Part shown: in pieces, positions 52,049 through 64,000 of the stretch
How positions within the stretch are numbered: position 1 is the stretch's first letter
Layout of the letters: each line of letters begins with the position of its first letter
Assembly: GCA_030390025.1 (NCBI GenBank)
Contig: CM059431.1
Location: 96,908,001 to 96,972,000, forward strand
Source of the DNA: Squalus acanthias
Lineage: Eukaryota
DNA length: 64,000 nt
Direction of reading: 5' to 3'
Translations under genes and position numbers: made by a program
Notes under the pieces: model-generated
Seen by the model: only the letters and a program-made list of their open reading frames with translations
Told to the model about the DNA's origin: nothing
Database searches by the model: none

Positions 52049-52880
52049 GAAAGAAAAAAGACTTGCATTTCTACAGCACCTTTCACAACCTCAGGACATC
52101 TCAAAGCGCTTTACAACCAATAATTTACTTTTGAAGTGTAGTCACTGTTGTAATGTAGGAAACGCGGCAGCCAATTTGTGCACAGCAAGCTCCCACAAAT
52201 GGCAATGTGATAATGACCAGATAATCTGTTTTAGTGATGTTGGTTGAGGGATAAAGACACCAGGGAGAACTCCCCCTGCTCTTCTTCATAATAGTGCCAT
52301 GGGATCTTTTAGGTCCGAGAGAGCAGACAGGGCCTCGGTTTAACATCTCATCTGAAAGACGGCACCTCCGACAGTGCAGCATTCCATCAGTACTAAAATA
52401 ACAACAGAAAATGCTGGAAACACTCAGCAGGCCAGGCAGCATCCATGGAGAGAGAAACAGAGTTAATGTTTCAGGTCTGTGACCCTTCGTCAGAACTGGA
52501 AAAAGTTAGAGATGTAACAGGTTTCAAGCAGGTGCAGAGCCAGGGAAAGGGGAGGGGGGGAGGGGAGGAAAGAACAAAAGGGACGGTCTGTGTTAGGATG
52601 GAAGGCAGGAGAGATTAAATGTTGCAAATGGGGATGGCAGAATAATCAACAGCTGCCATTTGAAAAAATAGGGGCAGGGGTTTTGGTCCTCCCTCAGTAC
52701 TGTCGCTCCTACAGTGCAGCACTCCCTCAGTACTGCCCCTCCAACAGTGCAGCGCTCCCTCAGCACTGCACTGGAGTGTCAGCCTAGATTTTTATGCTCA
52801 AGTCTCTGGAGTGGGACTTGAACCCACAACCTTCTGACTCAGAGGCGAGGGTGCTACCAACTGAGCCATGGCTGACACTG
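52049..52880 (-). mobile_element. DeuSINE-like SINE interrupted by a Penelope-like fragment
   Basis: Head 52690-52880 and body/tail 52049-52394 match the reverse complement of 27919-28357; short internal duplications at 52690-52770. Confidence 0.85.
52395..52675 (-). mobile_element. Penelope-like 3' fragment with hammerhead core
   Basis: Reverse complement ccagttctgacgaagggtcacagacctgaaacattaactc. Confidence 0.85.
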
Positions 52881-52895
52881 TACTGATCATGCATC

Positions 52896-53379
52896 TTTTT
52901 TATTTATTCACGGGATGTGGGCGTCAGTATCAAGGCCAACATTTATTGTCCATCCCTAATTGCCTTTGAGAAGGTGATGGTGAGCCACCTTCTTGAACCA
53001 GTGCAGTCCATGTGGTGAAGGTACTCCCACAGTGACTTTGTCTTTGCAGTTTATGGTACAACTGAGTGGCTTGCTAGGCCATTTCAGAGGGCAGTTACGA
53101 GTCAACCACATTGCTGTGGAGTCACATATAGGCCAGACCAGATAAGGACAGCAGATTTCCTTCCCTTAAAGAACATTGGTGAACCAGATGGGTTTTTACG
53201 AGAATCCGGTAGTTTCATGGTCACCATTACTGATACTAGCTTTTTAGTCCAGATTTATTTAATTAACTGAATTTCAGTTGCCCAGCTGCCATGGCGGGAT
53301 TTGAACTCAGGACTCCAGATTATTAGTTCAGGCCTATGGATTACTAGTCCAGTAACAGAACCACTATGCTACCGTTCCC
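52896..53379 (-). mobile_element. tRNA-derived SINE (second family) with LINE-derived tail
   Basis: Minus-strand head ggtagcatagtggtt...gagttcaaatccc; 52896-53035 matches the reverse complement of 32885-33020. Confidence 0.8.
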
Positions 53380-53514
53380 TTGTTATCTGATATAGCTTTT
53401 GTTTATGCTCAAATTCTAAACAATTTAATTATATATTTTTCTCAGTGGAAATGTTAAACTGCGTCACTGTGTGTAACAATATTTCAGTGTGTGTTTTTAC
53501 AATTGTTTGCATGC

Positions 53515-53716
53515 AGTGCCAGTTCAGTGGGCAACACTTTCACCTCGGAGTCAAATGCTCGTGGGTTCAAGCTCCATTCCTGAGACTTGAGCACATAATC
53601 TAGGCTGACTTGTTAGTGCTGAGGGAGTACTGCACTGTCGGAGGTACCGTCTTTGGGATGAGATGTTAAACTGAGGTCCATCTGCCCTCTCAGGTGGATG
53701 GAAAAGATCCCATGGC
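53515..53716 (+). mobile_element. DeuSINE-like SINE, 5' half
   Basis: Matches 27919-28115. Confidence 0.8.
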
Positions 53717-54847
53717 TCTAAAAGAAATGTCTAAAAGGTTGAAAGAATTTTTGTCCCCTATTTTTCCACTTCCCTTCAGTTGTTTACATTCCTTTAAATT
53801 TCACCCACTTTCCATACCCAGTAACAGGCTACCTCCCTGCACCTGTGCATAATTATGGAAATGAGTTGAGCCACAAATATTGAGTGCGATGAACACATTA
53901 CCAATCTGGTAAGGTTTGCACCAATTCATTTGGAATCAACAGACAAGATAACCCACCTTCCTTCTCTCGAATACTTTTATTGCATTCAGTTTGCTCTCTC
54001 TCCATTTCCTTAGGACAGAGGTGCAGAGTGACGTGAAATTTTGCCCTGTTGCAAGTCCCTTCTAACCCTCGTCAATACAAAAGTAACACAGATGGATGCT
54101 AGATGCAATAAGTGATTGGGAATTGAAGAGCACATCAATGACAGCTAATCAATAACCTCGTCTGATCGTGATTGAACAAATTCACATGAAAAATGACAGA
54201 AAGACATCAGCCAATATAAACCAGGGAAATAATTGAACAGAAGACGATAGAAGTGGAATAAATATTCTGACCTTTAGTTGCACATCTTTCCCTTCGGGTG
54301 TCTACCTCTCCAGAACCCTTTTGGTTTCGTTCTATTTCAGGTCAGTAATATACTCGGTGTTATGTGGATCTTTCTCTTCGGTATCAGCTTAGTGTAGAGT
54401 CGGCTTGGCAGACAGGAGGCGTCAGGGCATTTGGAATCTGAGATGACAACAAAACAACAATACCTGATCAATAAAAAGTGAAATACAAGGACCGTCTGCA
54501 GACACTGGGGAATTCACAATATAAAAATAGCTCCGGGAACAAGTCAGTAACTTAGTTTGTCATGAGTATTTAATATTCAAAGGGAGAATTAAAAGAGAAA
54601 AATATATTCTAAACTTTAAATGAAAAATAATTCAGTTAAGGATTTTATGCCGTTTCCTAATTTCAAGGAGGAAGAACGATACTTTAAAAGTCTGTATGTT
54701 AGATCAGTGAATGGGGCAAGGTGAATACTTTTAAAATTTAAATACCCGGGCTCACAGTTCATTGTTACATCACTGAAGTTATGGTGGATGATCCAGAGAA
54801 TCCTGCAGAAATGCAACCCCTACGATTCCATGAAATGTGCCCAACAC

Positions 54848-54970
54848 CTCTGTGGGAGCACCTTCACCACAAGGACTGCAATGGTTCAAGGCCCAGCCAT
54901 CACCTTCTCAGGGCAACTAGTGATGGGCAATAAATGTGGCCTTGCCAGCGATGCCCACATCCCAAGAACA
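54848..54970 (+). mobile_element. LINE/SINE tail fragment
   Basis: ccttcaccacaaggactgca...gatgggcaataaatgtggccttgccagcgatgcccacatccc matches 32895-33005. Confidence 0.75.
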
Positions 54971-55635
54971 ATATACATGAGGGTCTGTGTAACTCCTGGA
55001 CTTGTTTTGATTAGCAAAAGGGGACAAGTTGCTTATGATTTAAAGCAAATCATCATTTAAACCAATAATAAATTTGGTTTGCAATCATACAAAGCGAGAA
55101 TGATATAAGGGATAGAGACTGAGAATTGACTCTGGGAAGTTGCAAGCATTTGCTGACCTGAGCTTCAGTAAAATTCAGTCCATACAATAAGGCCCAGATC
55201 TACTTATGAATACAGCCTGATATTCAGGTGCAAGGGAACAGTAAATGGGGCTGGACCTCACTGGGGTACGAGTTGGTCAGTGCCAACTGCTGGCAAGAAA
55301 TTGCTGGCAAGAAATGGATGGCGCGAATGCAACACGCACTGGAAGAGATTGGTGCGAGGATCTCCCAAAATTTGTGCGCAGGCCTACCATTAAACCAGCA
55401 AGCTGCGGACGCCAATCGAATTTCTCTTTCGGCATTTGCCCAGCTAGTGCAGCAAACATTATGACTTGATTGTCAGACAATTTGCGATCCTCAACTGCAT
55501 GGTGTTCAATTTTAAACCTCTCACTTGGTTATTTTTCTTTGAGATCCCACAGTCCTCAGTCGCCACAATCAAACCTTTCTCATTTCAAAACAATGTAGCT
55601 CGTGTTAGACTGTATGCGGTTTTAAGGAACATGTA

Positions 55636-56058
55636 ATCAGAAGGTCGTGGGTTCAAGCCCCACTCCAGAGACTTGAGCACAGAATCTAGGCTGAGACTCC
55701 AGTGCAGTACTGAGGGAGCGCTGCACTGTCGGAGGTGCCGTCTTTCGGATGAGATGCTAAACCGAGGCCCCGTCTGCCCTCCTCTGGATGCAAAAGATTC
55801 CAGGACATTATTTAAAAGATGAGCTGGGGAGTTCTCCCATGACCTGGCTAATATTCATCACTCAACAACACCTAAAAACAGATTACATGGTCATTTATCA
55901 CATTGCTGTTTGTGGGACCTTGCTGTCCACAAATTGGCTGCCATGTTTCCTACATTACCACAGTAACCACACTTCAAAAGTACTTCATTGTCTGTAAAGT
56001 GCTTTGGACAGTCCAGTGGTCATGAAAGGTGCTATATAAATGCAAGCCTTTCTTTTTA
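55636..56058 (+). mobile_element. DeuSINE-like SINE, slightly 5'-truncated
   Basis: gccgtctttcggatgagatgctaaaccgaggccccgtctgcc core and gaaaggtgctatataaatgcaag tail. Confidence 0.85.
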
Positions 56059-56482
56059 TTTCCCAGAGATATGTCCAAGTCTCCCCCTTTTTGTACTTAC
56101 GATGGATGAGATCAGCAGCATTTTAACATTATTTTAGTGCATCACAAACATATAAAAAAAGAGGCGTATTTACCAGCAGATTGATGCGATGCAGTGGGTA
56201 GTGACACCATAGAATGATTGCTTCAATACGTATTGGTGACTATTCCAGTTTGGGCTTTTTCCCCAACACTTATGCTGATGTTCAGAACTACACCGTAGTT
56301 TTCATAGACTTTATTGAGCATTTTGTATTGGGTTGGTGTAGCCCAGGTGTAAAATGTACCCCTAATTATATCTACTGGAGAATATGTGGGATACCCAGCA
56401 CCTACTCCCTTCATTTCTGTAGACAGAAATTAACACATCATGAAACCAATGTGTAAAGGCTAAACTACAGGGTCAGATTTAT

Positions 56483-57077
56483 TTACAGGTAAAATACACA
56501 GATGCAATAAGACAAAGCAAGTGACAGAACTAGCACAGTACTTAAACACAATAGAACTGAAACAAGTGCACAAGGGGTTAATAAATTCTTAAAAAGGTGT
56601 TCCTTGCTGTTTCTGTCGAGAACAGATCCTTTGATAAGAATAGTCAGGTTCCTCTTTTTCCAAAGCCCTTCCAAGATATACATGGAAGATTTGAGTTCTA
56701 TAACCCCAGAGGAGTTGGTTGCTTTTTCCCCAGAATTGCGAGCAAACAGCCAGAACTATGATTTCACGCCAAAAGACTTCTTTCAAGTTACAGCAACTTT
56801 ATTTGAAGTAAACATGTGAACAATGATCCGCAGTCTTTAGATCTCTGAAGGTGAGATGTTAATGGCTGGAAATTGCAGCTTCCTTTGTATAGTTCCCCAC
56901 CCAGATTGAGTTCCACACCTTACAATGGCTTTTCCTAATGGCTTGGTAATCTGATAGAACAGGATCACATACATCCTTGTCTGTAACACTGTACACGTTA
57001 TCACCTGAAGCCTGAACCACAGCCATCAAAGGGAATTGCTTTATTGGATGTTTGCACACTGACTGAGTGTCTGCCAT
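56483..57077 (-). pseudogene. Possible decayed Ig-FN3-transmembrane gene segment (LRIT/LRRN-like)
   Basis: Ig F/G-strand-like YQAIRKSHCKVWNSI, then after a frame change RIIVHMFTSNKVAVT*KKSFGVKS*F..YILEGL..LTILIKG and a hydrophobic stretch ALVSVLLCLSTVLVLSLALSYCICVF. Pattern recognition only. Confidence 0.3.
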
Positions 57078-57292
57078 TTTGTAACTTGTAAGCCTATCGA
57101 TTTTTTTAAAAAAAACATAGGACTTCGGTGGACATTCATGTTGTGACAGTCACATCCTCTTGCCTTGGGCGTGGATCCAAAGACAATAAAAGCAAACCTG
57201 GATTGCTGTAAGGCCAGGAGACCATATGAGGCACAATACACACTGGCTGGAGTATAAAGGCAGCCTGTTGCACCACCATTCACAATTAAACA

Positions 57293-58650
57293 GTCATAGA
57301 GTCATAACGGCACAGAAAGAGGCCGTTCAGCCCATCGAGTCCATGCCAGCTCTCTGTAGAGCAATCCAGTCAGTCCCAATCCCCCGCTCTATCCCCGTAG
57401 CCCTGCAAGTTTATTTCCCTCAAGTGCCTATCCAGTCTCCCCTTGAAAACATTGAGTGTCTCTGCTTCCACCACTTCCATCGGCAGCGAGTTCCAGGTCC
57501 TCACCACTCGCTGCGTAGAAAAGATTTTCCTCACATCCCCCCTGTATCTCTTACCCAAAACCTTAAATCTGTGTCCCCTAGTCCTTGTACCATCAACTAG
57601 TGGGAACAGCCTATCCCCGTCTAGCCTATCCAAACCCGTCAGAATCTTGTACACCTCTATCAAATCAACCCTCAACCTCCTTTGCTCTAATGAAAACAAA
57701 TTCAGCTTCTCCAACCTGTCCTTGTAGCTAAGATCCCCCATCCCTCGGTAAATCTCCTCTGCACCCTCTCAAGGGCCTTCACATCCTTCCCAAAATGTGG
57801 TGACCAGAACTAGACGCAATACTCCAGTTGTGGCCTAACCAATACTTTATAAAGGTTCAGCATAACTTCTCTACTTTTGTACTCAATACCTCTATTTATG
57901 AAGCCCAAGATCACATATGCTTTGTTAACCACTCTCTCAATATGTCCTGCCACCTTCAGGGACCTATGCACATTAACTCCCAGGTCCCTCTGTCCCTGCA
58001 CACTCTTTAAAACTGTGCCATTAAGTGTATATTGTCTCTTCCTGTTCCTTCTGCCAAAATGCATCACCTCACACTTCTCTGTATTAATTTCCATCTGCCA
58101 CTTGTCTGCCCATTCTGCTAGCCTTTCTATGTCCTGTTGCAGTTGATTGGTATCATCATCACTGTTTGCCACACCCCCAAGTTTGGTGTCATTGGCAAAT
58201 TTAGAAATTCTACTCCGTATTCCAATATCCATGTCATTTATATATATATCAAAAAAAGCAGTGGCCCCAGCACTGACTCTTGGGGAACACCACTGTCTAC
58301 CATCCTCCAGTCTGAAAAACAGCCATTTACCACAACTCGCTGTTTTCTGTCCTTAAGCCAATTCCTTATCCAAGCTGATCCACCTATTCCATGAGCCTCA
58401 ATTTTGTTAACCAGCCTTCTATGTGGTACTTTGTCAAACGCTTTCCGAAAATCCATGTAGACAACATCCATTGCATTCCCTTCATCAATCCCCCCTGTTA
58501 CTTCATCAAAAAATTAAATTAGATTAGTCAAACATGATCTGCCTTTTACAAATCCGTGTTGGCTTTCCTTAATTAGCTTAAACCTATCCAAGTGCCCGTT
58601 AATTTTTTCCTTGATTATTGTTTCTAAAACTTTACCCACCACTGGTATTA
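57293..58650 (-). mobile_element. 5'-truncated CR1 LINE
   Basis: RT ORFs 58238..58471, 57810..58232 and 57370..57741; tail at 57293. Confidence 0.93.
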
Positions 58651-58677
58651 ATCAATGAGAAGAACTGACTCGATCAT

Positions 58678-59340
58678 CAAATATAAACAAAAAATGCTGG
58701 AAATACTCAGCAGGTCAGGCAGCATCTGTGGAGAGAGAAACAGAGTTAACGTTTCAGGTCGATGACCTTTTGTCAGAACTGGAAAAAATTAGAGATGTAA
58801 CAGTATTTAAGCAAGTACAGAGGCAGGGAAAGGGGAGGTCTGTGACAGGGTGGAAGGCAGGAGTGATTAAATGACAAAAGATATGATTGTACAAAGCAAA
58901 AGGAGATGGTAATGGGACAAGTAAAGAAACAAAAGATGGGTCTAGAGGAGGTGTAAATGGGAATAGCAGAATCATCAACAGCTGCCATCTGAATAAATAG
59001 TGGCCGAGGTTATGGACTGAAATTGTTGAAATCAATGTTGAGTCCAGAAAGCTGTAAAGTGCCTAATCGAAAGATGAGGTGCTGTTCCTTGAGCTTAAGT
59101 TGAGCTTCGTTGGAACAGTGCAAGAGGCCGAGGACAGAGAGGTCAGAGTGGGAGTGGAGCAGAGAATGAAAGTGACAGGTGAACAGAAGCTCAGGGTCAC
59201 GCTTACGGACTGAACGGAGGTGTTCCGCAAAGTGGTCACCACTCTGCGTTCGGTCTCCCCAATGTAGAGGAGACCGCATCGTGAGCAGCGAATACAGTTT
59301 TTATTTCAGATTTCCAGAATCCGCAGGATTTTGCATCTGG
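58678..59340 (-). mobile_element. Penelope-like element 3' part with GIY-YIG endonuclease remnant and inverted terminal tail
   Basis: ORF 59010..59279 (DHFAEHLRSVRK..CHFHS..HS..LKEQHLIFRLGTLQLSGLN); hammerhead motif 58745-58782 in sense orientation; inverted tail 59298-59337; ctcgatcat at 58669-58677 and 59341-59349. Confidence 0.9.
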
Positions 59341-59346
59341 CTCGAT

Positions 59347-60955
59347 CATAAGAACATAAGAAGTAAGAACAGGAGTAGGCCATATGGCCCCTCGAGCCTG
59401 CTCCGCCATTCAATAAGATCATGGCTGATCATTGACCTCAAGTCCACTTTCCCGCCTGATCTCCATTTCCCTTGATTCCCCTAGAGTCCAAAAATCTATC
59501 TATCTCAGCCTTGAATATACTCAAAGATTCAGCATTCACAGCCCTCTGGGGCAGAGAATTCCAAAGATTCACAACCCTCTGAGTGAAGAAATTCCTCCTC
59601 ATCTCAGTCTTAAATGGCCGACCCCTTATCCTGAGACTATGCCCTCTAGTTCTAGACTCTCCAGCCAGGGGAAACAACCTCTCAGCATCTACCCTGTCAA
59701 TCCCCCTCAGAATCTTGTATGTTTCAATGAGATCACCTCTCATTCTTCTAAACTCCAGAGAGTATAGGCCCATTCTACGCAATCTCTCATCATAGGACAA
59801 CCCTCTCATCCCAGGAATCAATCTAGTGAACCTTCGTTGCATTGCCTCTAACGCAAGTCTATCCTTCCTTAGATAAGGAGACCAAAACTGTGCACAGTAC
59901 TCCAGGTGTGGTCTCACCAAGGCCCTGTACAATTGTAGCAAGACTTCCTTACTCTTATACTCCAAACCTCTTGCAATAAAGGCCAACATGCCATTTGCCT
60001 TCCTTATTGCTTGCAGTCCCTGCATGCTAGCTTTCTGTGTTTCTTGCATGAGGACACCCAAATCTCTCTGAACACCAACATTTGAATGTTTCTCACCATT
60101 TAAAAAATATTCTGTTTTTCTATTCTTCCTACCAACTTACTGCCCACTCACTTAGTCTATCTATATCCCTTTGCAGACTCTTTGTGTTCTCCTCACCTAG
60201 CTTTGTATCATCAGCAAACTTGGATACATTACACTCGGTCCCTTCATCTAGGTCATTAATATAGATTGTAAATAGCTGAGGCCCCAACACTGATCCTTGT
60301 GGCACCCCACTAGTTACAGCCTGCCAACCTGAAAAAGATCCGTTTATCCCTACTCTCTGTTTTCTGTCCGTTAACCAGTCCTCTATCCATGCTACTATAT
60401 TACCCCCAACTCCATGAGCCCTAATCTTGTGTAATAATCTTTTATGTGGCACCTTATCGAATGCCTTTTGGAAATCCAAATATACTACATCCACTGGTTC
60501 CCCTTTATCTACCCTGCTAGTTACATCCTCAAAAAACTCGAATAAATTTGTCAAACATAATTTCCCTTTCATAAAACCATGTTGACTCTGCCTAATTATG
60601 TTTTGATTTTCTAAGTGCCCTGATACCACTTCCTTAACAATGGGTTCCAGCATTTTCCTGACGACTGATGTCAGGCTAACTGGCCTGTAGTTCCCTGTTT
60701 TTTCTCTCCCTCCTTTCTTGAATAGCGGTGTTACATTTGCGACCTTCCAATCCGTTGGGACCATTCCAGAATCTAGGGAATTTTGGAAGATCAAAACCAA
60801 TGCATCCACTATCTCTTCAGCCACATCTTTTAGAACCCTAGGATGTAGGCCGTCAGGTCCAGGGGATTTGTTGGCTTTTAGTCCCATTAGTTTCTCTAGT
60901 ACTTTTTCTCTACTTATATTAATTACGTTAAGTTCCTCACCCTCATTAGACCCTT
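59347..60955 (-). mobile_element. CR1 LINE interrupted by Harbinger insertion
   Basis: RT ORFs 60129..61010 and 59438..60061; CR1 homology stops abruptly at about 60955. Confidence 0.95.
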
Positions 60956-61315
60956 GGGGGGAAAAATTAGGTCGCGCCCCATTTGGGGCGCAAATATCGT
61001 CTGGACGCAAATATTAGCGCCTGGTGCTAATTATCGCCACTGACTGGAAACTTCACTTTTACCGCCCCGGGAGGTGAGTGGAGCGCTAAATCAGGCGCTG
61101 CACACCTGTCTTAAGGCGCAGAGGCCGAGCAGTGAGGCGCTAACTCAGCGCGCGAGCGCAGCGCAGGTGCTGCCAGTTAGCGAGGGAACACAGACACACT
61201 GGCGCCGGCCAGTTCTAAAAGCGGGGGGGGCCAACTTGCTCCCCAGCCACATCCTGCTCATTGCAGCCTTGAATCTCGGCCTGGAGAGACCTGTGAATCC
61301 ATTTTGCTGCCAAGG

Positions 61316-63200
61316 ATGGAGAGGGTGAGAGAACGAGCTCAGCGCTTCACCGAGCGGGCCTTGGATGCTCTGGTTGGCGTGGTGGAGCGCAGAAGATGTA
61401 TACTCTTCCCTGAGAGTGGCAGGAGGCCTTTGCCACGCGAGTACAGAAGACAGGAGGGAGGTGGCTCAGAGCATCTCCTCCAGGAGCATGGTGCCCAGGA
61501 CCCATGTTCAATGCCGCAAAAAGTTCAACGACCTCACTCGGGTCGTCAGGGTGAGTGGCTTTTTCTCAATACCTCTCCATCCCTCCATCTCAACCTCACT
61601 CTATGGCCAGAGGGTCTTAAAACCCCAATGCACAACACTCATCCAACACCTATGGCCCTTTCATGAAACACACACACACATTCCACACTTTGCATACAGT
61701 AAGGGCTATTCACCTATGGGAGGCACATCAGGCAAGACCATGGCTGTATACAGTAAGGGCTATTCACCTATGGGAGGCACATCAGGAGGGAGGCACATCA
61801 GGCAAGACCATGGCTGTATACAGTAAGGGCTATTCACCTATGGGAGGCACATCAGGCAAGACCATGGCTGTATATTTACTCAAATGCTGTCCTTTTTCTT
61901 GCAGGCCAAGCTGGCGCATAATAGGAGACAGCAGCAACGGACAGGTGGAGGGCGGCCTCAGCTGCAACCCCTCAGCGATCTTGAGGAGCGCGTCCACAGG
62001 ATTGTGGCAAGCCGGGTGATCGGTCCCGTCGCCACTGGAGACGCCGACCCCGTTCTGGACAGCAATGGTAAGGTCATCACCTTTTTGTCCTCTGTCCTTC
62101 CACTTGTCCCTCACAACATCAGCCTTTGACACTTTCAATCCAACTTGCTAACTCGCTGCACTTATTCCTCCCTTACTGCCACCCTGTCCTCACGCTAAAG
62201 CCACTCTTGTACCTCCCTGCTTTCAGATGGTGATTCACCAGCTGAGGAGACGGGCCCTGAAGCTGCCAGTGGGAGTGAAGCTGCAGCCGAGGAGGAAGAG
62301 GAAGCCGGAGCATCAGTGCCACCCTCTCCCGAGGAAGCCCATGCCCACACTGGGAACACGCCTTCCCTGGAGGGGAGCAGGGGGGAAGGGTCTGATGAGG
62401 GTGAAGCTCCAGGACCCAGCGGGCTGCAGCAACGCCATGGGGGTAGGGAAGAACGGGGGCCTTCTCCCCAGAGGGAGAGTATGCCAGAGACTCCTACTGC
62501 AATGGACGCAGAGGAGGAGCGGCTGATCGCAGAAATGAACACCCAGGCGGTGGGCATGCACACTGAGCTCATGGGTGCAGTGGCAAGGGTGCCCGAATGC
62601 ATTGAGTCACTGGCAAGGAGTGTGGAGCACTTCGCTGCAGCACAGGCGGATGCCACACTAACGCTTAGAGCTGCAATTCAGTCACTGACTGCCGTGATCC
62701 CATCTCTGACTGCTCTCATGCAGACTCAGATTGAGGCCACGCGAGCACTGACTGCTGCCAACCTCGATGGTTCGTTCACATGTCCCCGGGGCTCTCACCG
62801 CGCCGCAGCAGGCCAGCAATCTGTGCTCCAGCAGATTGCTCCGGATGCTGAAGTGCTGCCCCGTGGGAGTGCCAGTGTGTTGGGCGAGCAGGGAGTTGCT
62901 GTCCTCTCTCACGATGACAGCATTCCTGCTGCCAACACTGTCACTTCTCCACTGCACTTGCCACCGCCTGTAGGACAGACTGCTGCCACCCATGCAGAGT
63001 TGGTGCAGTCTGCAGCCAGGCCCTCCAGGCCCAGAACTGGTCGAGGCCGTCCTTCAGGGGCATCTGCAGTGTCAGGGTCTGATGATCAGCAGCCTTCCAC
63101 CAGCCTTGCTGCAGCCACTGAGGTCCCATTACGGAGGAGCAGTAGGGTTACAAGGGGGGAAGTGCGCAAGGGAAGATCACCCTCGAAGGGCAAAAAGTAG
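61316..63200 (+). pseudogene. Harbinger Myb/SANT-like DNA-binding protein, 3 exons (61316-61550, 61905-62067, 62227-63200), one frameshift at 61454
   Basis: RFTERALDALV..(W)REVAQSI..RTHVQCRKKFNDL motif. GT-AG introns with matching phases (0 and 1) join exon 1 to AKLAHNRRQQQRTGGG and to ORF 62316..63200. Confidence 0.85.
61694..61873. repeat. 54-bp tandem repeat (about 3 copies) in intron 1 of the Myb gene
   Basis: Unit atacagtaagggctattcacctatgggaggcacatcaggcaagaccatggctgt. Confidence 0.9.
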
Positions 63201-63510
63201 AAGGTGTGACAAAATGCTGGTCATTTTTTTATTAAAGGCCGAGGTTCGTGGTCCAACTTTTGTCTAGTGTTTTGGACATTATCTCCAGGTTGTGAGAACC
63301 AGTTATGTTAATGACTGTTTTTTTGTGTTTATTTCTGAGTTTGTCATGAGGAAATGACACACACAGAGTTTGTAAAATAAATAAGTTTTTGTATTCAAAA
63401 TATACATGTTTGGTGTTTGTAATCATTGGTGCCTTGGACGGCTTAGGGGTTGCGTGCTGGGTTCATTGATGTTGTTAGCAATGGCAGAAGCCATTTCCAC
63501 AGCAGGGGCC

Positions 63511-64000
63511 CTAGAAGCGGCTTGCTATCAGCCGTTGACGGACGGCCCTTGCAGTTTCACCATTGTGGGCCGCCCTCCCGCCTTGGTGCTGCTGATGATC
63601 ATCCTCCTCGTCCTCTTCCTCCTCTTCCTCCTCCTCCTCTGGTGGTGCTCCAAGGCCTGGTGGCATTGGCTGGGTCCTGACGATTGCCATGTTATGCAAC
63701 ATGCAGCACACAACTACGAAGTTGGATACTCGCTCAGGCGAGTACTGCAGGGCTCCTCCAGAATGGTCGAGACAGCGGAACCGTTGCTTCAGCACGCCGA
63801 TTGTGCGCTCAATGATGTTCCTGGTAGCTTGATGGCTCTCGTTGTACCGCAGCTCAGCAGGGGTGTTGGGCGTACGGAGCGGTGTCATCAGCCAGGTGCT
63901 CAATGGATACCCCTTGTCCCCGAGAAGCCAACCAACTGGCTGATGCGGTGCCTCGAAAAGTTCTGCCACAGTAGTCTGGCACAGGATGAAAGCATCGTGG
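63511..64000 (-). CDS. Harbinger DDE transposase (HARBI1-like), C-terminal part, open to window edge
   Basis: [41 protein letters not shown] and CCMLHN motifs; no stop from 63999 to 63514. Confidence 0.93.
   Translation of the reverse strand, partial: HDAFILCQTTVAELFEAPHQPVGWLLGDKGYPLSTWLMTPLRTPNTPAELRYNESHQATRNIIERTIGVLKQRFRCLDHSGGALQYSPERVSNFVVVCCMLHNMAIVRTQPMPPGLGAPPEEEEEEEEEDEEDDHQQHQGGRAAHNGETARAVRQRLIASRF

Larger units (their letters stand above)
60956..64000. mobile_element. PIF/Harbinger DNA transposon with convergent Myb/SANT and DDE transposase genes; right end outside window
   Basis: G-rich terminus ggggggaaaaatt, CpG-rich subterminal region, and the two genes listed below. Confidence 0.92.

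Noticed and set aside
60129..61010. CR1 RT with a novel N-terminus
   Set aside because: The first ~18 aa are read-through from the Harbinger terminus across the insertion junction.

Overview
Eukaryotic, repeat-dense vertebrate DNA, most likely a cartilaginous fish (inferred from the repeat families). No intact host protein-coding gene can be supported. The window holds many CR1-type LINE copies (one retains ORF1 esterase plus the endonuclease), a second CR1/L2-group LINE, an L2 3' end, and two tRNA-derived SINE families whose tails match LINEs in the window. It also holds several minisatellites and PIF/Harbinger DNA transposons of different ages: a young two-gene element at the right edge, two decayed copies and MITEs. 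The most notable structure is about a dozen Penelope-like (GIY-YIG) element ends, most carrying a minimal hammerhead-ribozyme motif. These occur as ~100-bp TSD-flanked mini-inserts, as fold-back palindromes, and once with an inverted copy of nearby flanking DNA. A possible decayed Ig-FN3-TM gene lies at about 56.5-57.1 kb. All family names come from motif recognition by eye; no database search was run.
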